From Macrostomum hystrix (Eukaryota; Animalia; Platyhelminthes), in NCBI GenBank assembly GCA_950097015.1, contig CATNEN010000032.1:620001-684000 (forward strand): a stretch of 64,000 nucleotides of DNA. The letters are read 5' to 3'. Below, in pieces: positions 14,586 to 26,900 of this stretch. Numbering within the stretch: position 1 is the first letter of the stretch; the number at the start of each line of letters is the position of its first letter. The translations under genes and the position numbers were made by a program. The notes beneath the pieces were generated by a model, which did no database searches, was not told where the DNA came from, and saw nothing but the letters and a program-made list of their open reading frames with translations.

Positions 14586-16416
14586 GTTTTTGTGTTGTCG
14601 GATTGGAAAATATAAAATATAGACATCCAACAGAAGCTCAAACTGCAGTTTTTGAGTATGCTCACAGATTTGAAAGCCAGATTACAGACATTGCTAGCAG
14701 TCAGCAAATTGTAAGTATAGATAATAGTTAGCATTGCTATTCCCTAACACTGGGCCATAGGCTACACGACAAGGCCAGATTATTTGGGCGAACACTGAAA
14801 GATAATACTTGCTGTGGAGATGCGGACAGTCTGACACTCGGAAGTCCGTCACAGTCGAAACGCTCATACTTGTGGAGCTGATATCACCCCAGCTGCGTAT
14901 CTGGTTGCGTTAACCAACCCTCCCGCATATGAGAAGTGGGCCTGAAAAAAATTCTACAACTTTGTCTGTCACACCACACTCGTGTCAGCTCATTGCATGC
15001 CACTTATGCATATATTGATGATGTAATAGCTCTTTTTTCTAGTACCGATTTTGTCTGTTCACACGTTAAAGCAAGCTGAGCTGCGGTTTCGCCAATTACT
15101 CGTGGTGGCAAGTAGGGGGCGGGGCTTCCAGTCCAGTCAGTCTAAAAATAGCTCCGGAATTCCCCCGAGAAAGCCTCGCACATGCAAGGCGCCATCCTAT
15201 TGGCTGACGCGGTCTGGGCTAATTGCCGAGTCCTGGAGTTGTCTCGGACCGGGTTGGCCAGTGCTGGGGGGTTGGGAAACTTTGCTGGGCTGTATTAGGA
15301 CCTGCTTTCAGATTCAGAGACCAGACAAGGACCGAAGCGCTCGCTGTAACCCCTGCCATTAACTAGGATATACTCAACTGCTTGATAGCATAGCACATTG
15401 CTTTCTGCTGCAACAGGCAAAACGGCCGACTTCGTGTCATCGAAACACTGAAATTAATCTGCTCAAAATTGAACTGTGAATTAATGAGTAATTTTGCAGG
15501 TGAGGTCTAACTGTCACATTCTTTATAATTTCTGGAATCGCGTATAGAATAATAGAGACGATTAAATTAGGCCTCTATTAGCATAGGTTTTGAGTTGGCA
15601 ACTCTTGTCAGAGAAGGGAGATGAAGGGAGAGACAGAAGGACTGGATTGAGTATTTGCTTCGAGTCAACCGAAAAGTGTTCCCCCCCCCGATTCTCTTTG
15701 GGTTTAGATTGGGGCAGACAGGCAGCCTAATGGAAGTCGGTAGCCACCACTACTACTACCATTTTGCTAGATTGTGTCTACACACGCACACACACGCACA
15801 TCCAATCCCAACTGTGGCTGCTGATGGGGACACAGACGGAAGGGTCGGCGACCCTCTTGACACTCGAGCACACAAACACAGAGACTCAACTGATTGCACT
15901 GAAAGGGGGCGGCATTGGCCTCTCCCCTCTCCATGGCAAACAGTGCAGGGCCGAGTCACTCAATCTATATGTATAATATTTTCTTTCTGTTCAGTCAGAG
16001 TCTGCAGTCAGTTCAATTCGATCGCCAAGAGTCCTTCATCATTCGGATTCAAATTTGCTCTTCCATGCAGTTCTTTATTAGATTAAAGTCTTCAACCAAA
16101 TGGATTCTTGAACCCAGCTATTGCCCATGGGTTGCTACAATAATTTAGTTCTTTCCTGTCTGAGCTGCCTCTCTTGCTACCATGAGCAGCTGATTGTGCG
16201 CCAGTCTGAATCCAGCTTCAATGTTGGAATTTGCAATATTCCGAGGCGCAGGTAGCGCGCAGCTGAGGTGACTCAGCCCTGCCGACTGATTCTTATCGAC
16301 TCAAGGCATCGGTGATGCCAAAAGGAATCTGGTGGCTACCTTTTGGGAGATGTGTCAGTGCGGGGAAAAGAAGTGGCAAAGTCTAAACCAAATCCCTATT
16401 CCATTTGTCCTACAAA

Positions 16417-16494
16417 ACACACACACACACACACACACAAGAGGATGCGCTCATTAGAGATTCTTTTGCAAGCGAAACAAGTCACAGTGGCTGC

Positions 16495-16586
<92 letters not shown>
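16417..16586. repeat. (CA)n (16417-16438) and (AGGC)n (16496-16586) microsatellites
   Basis: Direct inspection. Confidence 0.95.
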
Positions 16587-19500
16587 ACAAGAGTACCGAA
16601 CATTGGGCGAAAATAGCAACGACAGACTGTGAATTGATGCCACACTGACGTTGGAGTCAATTATGTAACAATGGAATGCCTATGAAATTAGAGCTTTATT
16701 CACATCCAAACTCCAGATAGAATATTTTTCAATGGGTGTTTTTAAATCGGATTGTGTTTGGGAGGGTGTTCCCATTTGAATAAAAAACAGACCAGGCTGG
16801 TCACGCAACAGCGGTCATCGCGCAAAAAACACAGCAAAAAAACTGAACAAAAACGCAAATCCTCTTGAAAGTGTCGGATTTTGTCGCACTAAAGGAATGG
16901 GCGCGTTACATTTTTTATAACTCAGAGAGCTGTACATTGTAGTTAAAAAATCCCCATTATCCCTTCATCTACGAGGCACTGGCGAGGTCCCTTACTCAAA
17001 TTCCTCTCAGGCCATCTAATTAGTGACCATTGCATCCTCACCTGCTCCCATCGGCATTCAGTGTACTCACTCATTCTCACTCACTTTGTCTAAAAAAAGT
17101 CCCAGACACCGCGTCGCCAGCAGATCCCCATCCCAAGAATCCCAAAGCCGATGAGTTTTTCTCCCACCTCTGGAAGCGCGATCTGACAGCTCCGAAACTG
17201 CTGTTGCCGCCCGACTTTCTGTTCTTCTGTGTCAGTGAGGCAACTTTTTTTAGTTTTGCTGCGGCAGGCGTGGGGATGGGACAGGCGGACAGACAGGGGA
17301 AAACTGTAGTTTAAGGACCCCCAGTGCTCAGGAAAATGCTGCTGCTGATGCTGCAGCTCTCCCCCCTCACTCTCTTTTTTGTCCAGACAACTTCCGCCAT
17401 TCTCCACTAACCTCTTCCCGTAAAACGCCTGCCCCCAGCCCGCCAGTCTTTCATCTCATCCTCGTGCACCTGTCAGCCAGCAAGGCCCTTCAGAAACCAA
17501 CCCCCCTGGGAGAGAGGCGGTAAGCAGTGAAAGCTGGACTGGAGAGGGGAATTTTGCTGCTGAAAGGAAGCCCAGTTTCCTGAAATATGGCCAAAAATGG
17601 ATCCGGCAAAAGCAGTGTATTGCGGACCCACTTCTGTCCACGATATAAATCCCGGCCCGTTCTTCAATCCTCAAAAAATCTCCCCGATGCGAGAAACGAT
17701 GGGATCGCAATAGGACGAGAAACTACTGGCCCTAGAAACAATCCCTGCTAGCCAATTCGGACAGCTGAAGTGCCAGATTTTTCCTCCATAAAAGATTGCC
17801 CTGCTCACATGATTATTTGGGCTCAACTTTCTCATCTAAGAGCCGAGAATTTGGTTGCCACCTCTCTGCATCAGCTCGAGATGGGAAATTTTCCTAAATT
17901 TTCCCCCGAGAGCCGGAACTCGAGCGCTTGAGTTAATCGAACAGCCGCACCGGACCAGATCCCCAGCGAGCCTCTGTAAGACCCTCGCTCAATCCCTGGG
18001 CCGAAATCCCTGATGTGGACTCCATCAAGCAGATTTTCTCCCAAATTCCTAATCCTGGTTTTTACTCATACCCACCAAGTCGAACTTCAGTTTGCATACT
18101 GGAGGAAGAAAAGCTGTTTTATGAAACTGAGAACTCTCCGAGCTCAAATGAGAAACAATTACTCGGATTCGGGCACTAAGCAACAATATGCTTTTTTTAA
18201 ATTGTCGATTGAAAAAAAAAATAATTCACGACTCGTTTTGTCTCCCTAGCAACCCCTATATCTCCCTAGCAACCCCCTCTTTCCCTAGCAACTGCTGTCT
18301 CCCCAGCCTCCGTCAACGTCTTCCAGGATTTCCCTTTGACTCAATTTCTATGTGTTCCCAGCGAGCCTTGTAATGCTCATATCATTGATAGCAAAGTTTT
18401 TGTTTGCTGCTCTGTAAGGGTTAGAAAAATATGACCTTATATTTATAGAGGCTCAGAATTTGCACGTTAAGTCCAGCCTAAGAGTTTCCGTGAGCGCAGC
18501 CTCTCCTCAGCTCAGCCCAGTCCAGGGTTCTCCCAGGCAGAAAGCTTTCTCCCTTTCCTCTAGCAGCCCCCATTCACAATCCGATGCATCTTTTCACTCC
18601 CGCCGACTTCCCATCACCTCGGCGCTGCCGAAAGCCTCCCAGCGGGGCTCTGGCAGCTCAGGAATCGATGCCAGGGCCTGCCTAGCACCAGCCCGCCATC
18701 GATTTGGGCACACTTCTCCCCTTTAGATCCCATTTTCTTTCTGCTTCCCAATGGGGAAGGCTTTGTCGCTTCGTTTTAGCTGTTCTTTTTTTACTGCCAC
18801 GGCTGAGATAACACAAAATAGGAGATAGGACCACAGGAGAGAATAGATGATAGGCTGCTGCTGCTGCCGCCACCGATGATGCAATCGACATATAGAGAAA
18901 CTGAGGGAAAAGTTGATAAAGACAAAATTCGAAATTCTAATTCCTGGTCACGGCTCATTGTCGCTCTCGTTTTCTATTCAAATTGTTAAGCAAACGTTGC
19001 ATCCTGACTCGACTCAATGCCCATAGCAACCACCAGTCATGGCCCCTGTCAAATGCGGCTCTGTGTAAGCAGCATTGTTTGCAGATTTTCTGTAGTTACC
19101 AGGCCAAAGGTTGACAGTTCTGGTTAGCCAAGGCACTCACCTATGCCGACGTGTCACTGCCCGAGTGCCCACTGACATTGGCCCCAGAAACAATCGGGCA
19201 TGCCTGCTTCCGGATTTCAACAATTGCTTGGCTGACTGCTCCCTGTTCCCCACCTCACCCATCTCAACGGCTAACTATAAGGCCTAATAGAATTACTGAA
19301 TTAGGATAGAGTCTATGGGTAATCAAGCGACTCCAATTTAGGTCTAAACGGTATTTCCAAAGTCAAATTAAAGACATTCTTATTTCTTAAATCATCAATC
19401 AAGAGCCAAACCAGCGCTGCCTGTGCTGTGACTCATTTTATTGCTCAGACAGCTCACGGCTAATTTCGCACCGAGTGGGATCTGGCAAGATCCTTGGGCC

Positions 19501-21224
19501 AAGTCTTGATTAGTCCGATGCCTGATTTTGTTCAGTTTTCAAAGCCGAGCAGAAAGTTTATCAGGTCGCAGCCAATTCAATCAGGCGATTCAACCCAATT
19601 TAACCTCCTAAACTCCTCCTTCAAGCGCCAGTTTTCATCCCTAATGATGAAGCCCGCAGCATCCCCAGGAACATCTGCCCGGGTGATGTTGTGCTTTGGG
19701 CCCAGAGGGCTGTCTGTCTTCGGTTGTTGTTAGTATAGATAAATACAAACACATGGTGCTTAGCATTTTAACTAGCTGTGTTTCCACTCATCCTTTAGAC
19801 AGAGGAGGGGTTTAATCTTCCCAAGGAAAGCCATGTAAATGCAAACTCCCAGTGTGTAGACATGCATCTGCTTAGAAACTTTGCCGATGGGATAAGGATA
19901 AGTCTGCTGCTGGGTTGGCAGGTTGAATAAGTAGTTATCATATATACGAGCTAGAATCAGTATTCGCTATGCGTTGAGTGTATTTGCGAAAAAAGCTTTC
20001 AAGTAATTACTTAGCCGTTGCATGCCGCTCGATTCTCTCTGCTCCGCTGGCTCCGCTTTTCGATACCGTTTGACTCACTCTGGTTTTTCATTCGCACGCG
20101 CGCAGGGATAAATGGGCATTGTGGAACTTCATCGATCTCAAGCAAATTTTGTTACAAATCTCTGGCCAGCGAGATAGGCGAGAGAAAAAATGCGAAGAAT
20201 CTATTTTTTTTCTGTTGGGATCACTTTTCGTGGCTGTAGAGCAAGAAAACTAAATGGACCGAGCTAATGGCTCGCGTCGTGATCTCCGCTTGAGTAATCT
20301 TGAGCTGGGCGGGTTCAGCGTTAGTCAGACCTATAATAGCAGGCAGTTTATAGCAACAATGTGACCGACGCATGCCATTGGATAAATATTAACTAGAACT
20401 ATCTAAACTCGAAATCAATGCCTATATATACGATAATATTATAATAGCGGCTTAATTTGAGGATTTTTCTGTCGTCACAAAAATCTAAAATGCTGTTTGA
20501 TTGCTAAACTGAAGCCGAAAAGGTTAATCACATGGAACTGATTTTCTATAACATCTTATCTCCGCAAAGAGGTTGGTTCATAGTAAGCAGCGATCAGCAG
20601 TTAATTAACGAAATATAGGTTGGGAAAATAATTTTATTAGATCACCTAACCAACTGGGTGTGACGAACTTAACAGTCAACACAACCAATTTTTTGTGCTA
20701 AGAATCATGCGGTCACAAGAAGGTTCTTGCCTTCAATGATTCAGTGCAGAGATAGAAAGTAAATTAGTTAGTTAAAAAAAGAATTAACTCGAATACCACT
20801 GCAAGACCACCCAGGAATCAGAGGTGTACTCAGTTTTTTTTAGAATTTCTTTACTTTTTTGGACTGTTCAACGGAACTGGAAAGCTGCACACAGACAATT
20901 GTTTCCAGTGTTTGCTCAGTTGTCTGAACAAGTGCCGCTGCTCTATTGCGAATCGAATCGTACAATTAAAGCGCCATATAGGATTGCACGTTGGTAATTC
21001 AATACAACTCGCTTTTATATGCAATTCGCACTTGCTGTATATTACTGTAGTTTGGCCTAGCTTTAGACATCATGACCTACACTTCAACTAGGACCTCCTC
21101 TTCTGTTACCTATCCGTGTGTGTGCTGGCGTCAAGCCAATGCAACTCTATATGAGATGGATGAAATGATACTCAAGTAATTATTTGAATAAATAAATTAG
21201 GATAGTGCTTTCTTGATTTCAGAG

Positions 21225-21705
21225 GAAGGAGAGAGATATGAAGGGGAGAGAGAGGAAGGGGAGAGAGAGGAAGGGAGAGGAGAGGAGAGAGGGGAAGGGG
21301 AGAGATGAAGGAGAGAGAGGAAGGAGAGAGAGGAAGGGGAGAGAGAGGAAGGGGAGAGAGAAGAAGGAGAGAGAGGAAGGGGAGAGAAGAGGAGAGAGGG
21401 GAAGGAGAGAGAGGAAGGAGAGAGAGGAAGGAGAGAGAGGAAGGAGAGAGAGGAAGGAGAGAGAGGAAGGAGAGAGAGGAAGGGGAGAGAGAGGAAGGGG
21501 AGAGAGAGAGGAAGGGGAGAGAGAGGAAGGGGGAGAGGAAGGGGAGAGAGAGAAAGGGGACAGAGAGGAAGGGGAGAGAGAGGATGGGGAGAGAGAGGAA
21601 GGGGAGAGAGAAAGGGGAGAGAGAGGAAGGGGAGAGAGAGAGGAAGGGGAGAGAGAAAGGGGAGAGAGAGGAAGGGGAGAGAGAGAGGAAGGGGAGAGAG
21701 AGGAA
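21225..21705. repeat. GA-rich purine tract (GAGAGAGGAAGG-like)
   Basis: Almost pure purine; source of E/R/G-rich ORFs. Confidence 0.92.
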
Positions 21706-22506
21706 TCGGCGAGATTGTCAGTTTTTTATTTCTAGTCTCTACTCTCGTATCTTCCATATGTGTGCACCAGAATTTCTAATTTCTATGGGAACTGTCTCAC
21801 TAGCCACAGAAACAGACTCAACTTGGACGCAGCAGTCACAAGAGTGGTAGCTTCTCCCCCACCGTTGCAACCACCGGCACTAAAACTCAAGGATTAGCAT
21901 GGAGGGAGGTGGGTGGGAGAGGCGGGGCAACGCATGATGAGGATGATGCAACAACAAAATTGCCTTGACTCGGTAAGCGAGTACGCCGCCGCCGCCTTAG
22001 CCGGATAATTGGCCTCCGAGCCGCCAGGGCCTTCAAAATCATCCTCCGAGCCGCTCTATGATTACTAATATTGCTGGCACTCAGGCTCTGACGCAACATT
22101 GGGACTCATCCGAAGTTAAAAACACGCCTTGCCATTTCATCATTAGAGAGCATGACAAGATCTCACGGTTGCTGCACGCCCAGCTCATTCTGGTTATATC
22201 TGGGCGGCCATCTAGCTGCTAACCCGACCAGGATCCCTAGGGACAATTCTCCTCTCTCGGGCAGACCAGGGGACAAGGGGATAACTAGAAGGAGCTGATT
22301 CTCTGAACTGGGGCAACCTAGAGTACAGCAGTATGAGCATCGTAAACGTTTGTTAGGGAATTAAAATCTATCACGAAAGCTACCACTTTTGCTTTCTCGG
22401 TTTCAGACCTTTGTATACAAAACAGGCAGTACAGTTGATAAAGCTTATGAAGAATTATTAAGAAACTTTAGTTCAATATTATGATGAATCAAGAATCGTA
22501 CGGTGA

Positions 22507-22708
22507 AGCTGGAATCGTACCAGGAAAATAGAACCGTATCTGGAACCGGAGCTAGAATCGCAACAGAAACAGCTAGAATCGCAGCAGAAACAGCAAGAAT
22601 CGCAGCAGAAACAGCAAGAATCGCAGCAGAAACAGCTAGAATCGCAGCAGAAACAGCTAGAATCGCAACAGAAACAGGTAGAATCGCAGCAGAAACAGCA
22701 AAAATCGC
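22507..22708. repeat. 21-bp minisatellite (GCTAGAATCGCAGCAGAAACA)
   Basis: ~8 tandem copies. Confidence 0.92.
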
Positions 22709-23214
22709 TGTATCTTTGAACAGCAAGATACAGAAAAAGGAAAAATGTGGGCAATTTGAGATACCCCTGTGGTTTTTCTACTGTTTAAGCCTTTTAAACC
22801 TTCTACTTTGGTTGCTATAAAAACCTGAAGTAAGAGCTCGGATCTCGGTTGTCAAGGGAACAAACGGCGCCCAGCTCTGCGGGGGATTAACTCGGCCACT
22901 TTGACGGTTCCCGGCCCACTTCCAGATCTTGCTGTGTTTCTGCACTGGATCCAAGCCAGCAGGGCAGAATAAATACAGATCTGACCAAGGCCAGCAAAGA
23001 TAAGAAATTGTCGGACCAGGGGCTTCGAGACGCACTTAATCTCTCGTCAGCTTCACCGCCAAAAAATCTATCGATGACGCCATAAGTGTCATCGTTTCTT
23101 TTCTAAACCTCTTTTTCCTTTAACTTGAAAATAAAAAAATCCATTAGCGGCAAAAGTTTCGCTAAGAGTCACACCAACTGACTGGCTTAATCCCCGAAGG
23201 CTGATTTGTTAGCA

Positions 23215-23437
23215 GGTATCGGAGCTAGAATCGCAGCAGGTATCGGAGCTAGAATCGTAGCAGGAACCGAAGCTAGAATCAACCGAAGCTAGAATCGTAG
23301 CAGGTATCGGAGCTAGAATCAACCGAAGCTAGAATCGTAGCAGGAACCGAAGCTAGAATCGTAGCAGGTATCGGAGCTAGAATCTAAGCAGGAACCGAAG
23401 CTAGAATCTAAGCAGGAACCGCAGCTAGAATCGCAGC
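23215..23437. repeat. ~24-bp minisatellite (GCTAGAATCGTAGCAGGAACCGAA)
   Basis: ~9 copies; shares the GCTAGAATCGYAGCAG core with the 22507 array. Confidence 0.9.
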
Positions 23438-23942
23438 AGTTGCTAAACGGACCAACGAAGTACAGAATCTCACAGGGCCAATATAAACAATTTAGTATCG
23501 GGTACAGATAGAATCTAAATGGAAAATCGGTGAGCAATATTCATGACCACGCGGAGGAGCTGATGCAATCGGGTTTCCTGTTTCCATAAGAAATCCCATA
23601 TCCCAAGTTTACCCCTGCGACAATGAACTCTGCCCGGGAGCTCCTGCCGAGAATGTTTTTCCATTTTTTCCTGTCTAAACCGCAAGAGACAAAAGCTCCG
23701 TAATTGCTGAGGCGGTCGACCCGGCAACCAAAGGCAGTTTAGTCTGCCACCAGTGCCACCCGCGGGGGCTAGGGATACGCTTGGGAAAAAACTGATCGGA
23801 GAGAAGGCACAGTCAGTGGAAGATAGAATGGAATCGGATTTCTCGAATGCACATGGGACCGTGTTGTTAGGCTAGTGGGGTAATCTCTGTTGTTGTCTTT
23901 TACCAGTTGCATAAGCAGCCGCGGGGTTCCAGGGAGTATCGA

Positions 23943-23967
23943 ATGGCGCCGCCCGTCCCGAAAGCTA
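23943..23967 (+). CDS. Gfrl: Gfrl coding exon 1 (MAPPVPKA)
   Basis: Acceptor TTTTACCAG at 23906, ATG at 23943, donor GTAACT at 23968, phase 1. Confidence 0.65.
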
Positions 23968-26900
23968 GTAACTGCAGAACAAAATTTGCTTATACAAATC
24001 TGTTTATATTGTACGCCGTTTTCATGTATTTTAACCGTAAGGCCATTTATGCTTATACGCTTTGTACCGTTCGACTTCTCCTAAATAAGTTATAACAAAG
24101 CTTCCGGCTTTATCTCCTTCCAGCAGCAGCCAGTCTGCCAGCCAGTCTGGTCATTGTTGCGGCCTGCCTATGCCTTCTTCCAGCCCCGGCGGTCTCGCTT
24201 CAATCGTCTCTGTCCGGCCAGGCAGGTCGCGAGAATTACTGCCACGTGGCCAACGACACCTGCTACCAAAGCTCCGAGTGCGGCGCCAAGGTCAACCTGG
24301 TGCGCGCCATCTGCCTGGACCGTGAGTGAAGCCCTTCGGCTAATGGCTGAACTGTTTGGGGAATGGGTGAACTGTTTGGGTAATGGGTGAACTGTTTGGG
24401 GAATGGGTGAATTGCTTGTTGAATGGGTGAACTGTTTGGTGAATGGGTGAACAGTTAGGTATATGGGTGAACTGTTTGTTGAATGGGTGAACTGTTTGGT
24501 GAATGGGTGAATTGCTTGTTGAATGGGTGAACTGTTTGGTGAATGGGTGAACAGTTAGGTATATGGGTGAACTGTTTGTTGAATGGGTGAACTGTTTGGT
24601 GAATGGGTGAACTGTTTGGTGAATGGGTGAACTGTTTGTTGAATGGGTGAACTGTTTGGTGAATGGGTGAACTGTTTGGTGAATGGGTGAACTGTTTGGT
24701 GAATGGGTGAACTGTTTGGTGAATGGGTGAACTGTTTGGTGAATGGGTGAACTGTTTGGTGAATGGGTGAACTGTTTGGTGAATGGGTGAACTGTTTGGT
24801 GAATGGGTGAACTGTTTGGTGAATGGGTGAACTGTTTGGTGAATGGGTGAACTGTTTGGTGAATGGGTGAACTGTTTGGTGAATGGGTGAACTGTTTGGT
24901 GAATGGGTGAACTGTTTGGTGAATGGGTGAATTTTTTGGTGAATAAGTGTATTTTTTGGTGAATGGGTGAACAGTCAGGTAAATGGGTGAACTGTTTGGT
25001 GAATGGGTGAACTGTTTGGTGAATGGGTGAACAGTTAGGTATATGGTGAACGGTTAGGTGAATGGGTGAATTTTTTGGTGAATAAGTGTATTTTTTGGTG
25101 AATGGGTGAACAGTCAGGTAAATGGGTGAACTGTTTGGTGAATGGGTGAGATATTTGGTGAATGTGTGAATTGTTTGGTGAATAGGTGAACAGTTAGGTA
25201 TATGGTGAACGGTTAGGTGAATGGGTGAATTTTTGTGGGTAATGGGTGAATGGAAAGGTGAAGGTCTGAATGGCTGAGTGGCTGAATAGAGAATGTTTGA
25301 TTGAGTGGGTGAATCTATGAAGTTGTGTGTGACTTTATGTATGAATATTTGGGTGAATCAAGTTAAGCGACGGTAAACAATGGGATTCGTGCAATTAGTT
25401 AGTTTACTTAGTAAAATTGCCAATTAGTGAGTTAAGCCAAGGCTGGAAGTTTATTAAGTTGCCCACTGTTTAAGCCTTTTAATATTTTAATCATCCGAAG
25501 CCATCTGTTGTCACCCCTGTCTGGTCCCAGCGGTAGAAGCAGCAACAGCAGCCCCTCCTATGGCCATCTGCTTTTGTTTGATTGACAATTTGACAATAAC
25601 GCCTTCTCGCTTGTCAAACTGGGGGCTGTTGTGCAATAGGTTGGATGGAAACGAAAAAGCGGAATTAACGGGAACAAGAACTGGGTGGAGCCATTTGTCA
25701 AGTGGGCTTGACGGGCCGAGGCTCGGTCCCGCCTCCTCTCGGCAGCGGCTGTGACACCCTGTGACGAGTCTAGGCGAGGCGAAAGAGTCTCTCAACATTG
25801 TTAAGAAGGCCCCGACTTCCTAAATTATTCCTGGTCTAGAAGACTTACACTTATCAAAAGCCTTCGCTGGCCTATAGCGACACTTCAAAAACTTGGACGG
25901 TGTCTCGCGATAAAAGAAGACTAGTAGGATAGAGAGCGGCGCGCGGGAAACAGGAGGCGTGCAGCTCCGAGGTGTCAAAAAAGGTAGCAAGAGGCTGCAC
26001 TTCCTGACCCGCCTCCATCATGCTTGCGAAGCACGGCTTCCTCATCCCCATATTCGCATTCCAATGCCGTAATTTCTTTCAGAGACCACCACGAGTAGAA
26101 GGACGGGAAACTGCGTTTCTTAGAAAGCGTTTAGAAACTTCTTTTTCCACCGAAGAAGACGCACACTACGGATATAGAATTTAACTTTCCATTTCCTTCT
26201 ATGCTCCATGCTCTATCACATTCTTACAGGCATTATATATGCTTTTTCAACTAAAAATCCGAGACAGTTGACCCCGGGGAGAAAGCCGATGCCACCATCT
26301 CCCCAATATCCTCATTTTTGTCGCATTGACTCACATGACTGCGGCGGCACACTTTGCTAATAAAGAGGCCTGGCCGGATCCTTAATGACTTTTTATGCAT
26401 TGACATAATCTGGCTTCATGCGTGTCCCTTCTGGGATCGATTGATTGGGACAAAACTGCCAGGTGTACACGCGCACACTCCCCAGCCAGTAACGATTGCA
26501 GGCCCAGAGTCTGACAATGACTTGTCGGCGCTTTGGTTCACAAGGGGATCCGATTGCTTGCGGCACTCCTGCAAGAAACTTTCTCCTCCAAACCGTCCAA
26601 GCCCTGCCTCCGTGTCCTTCATCAGCGGCCTGTCTCTTCAATTTCCTCTAGGGGGGAGCGCAACCCGTGTGTCCCCAGCTCCCCCCAATGTCCCTGCCGA
26701 GTGATTGAGTTACGCACACTTGACCAATTAGCTGTGGCGAGGCCCATTGCTGTTGTTATGTACCCCTCCCTGCGGAGTGAAATGAGAAAAAGACGAAAAG
26801 GAAAAAGAAGAAGACGACGATGATGACGACGGCTCTTCCACTCTCGCGCCTCCGCCGCTTCTTCGAAATCCTCTTTCATCCGTCTCCTGCCTGGCCTGTC

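Noticed and set aside
19640-19760. C-box-like ATGATGA suggesting a C/D snoRNA
   Set aside because: No D box (CTGA) or terminal stem at a suitable distance.
22503-22820. ETARIAA coiled-coil-like ORF
   Set aside because: Translation of the 21-bp array, with no splice or domain support.
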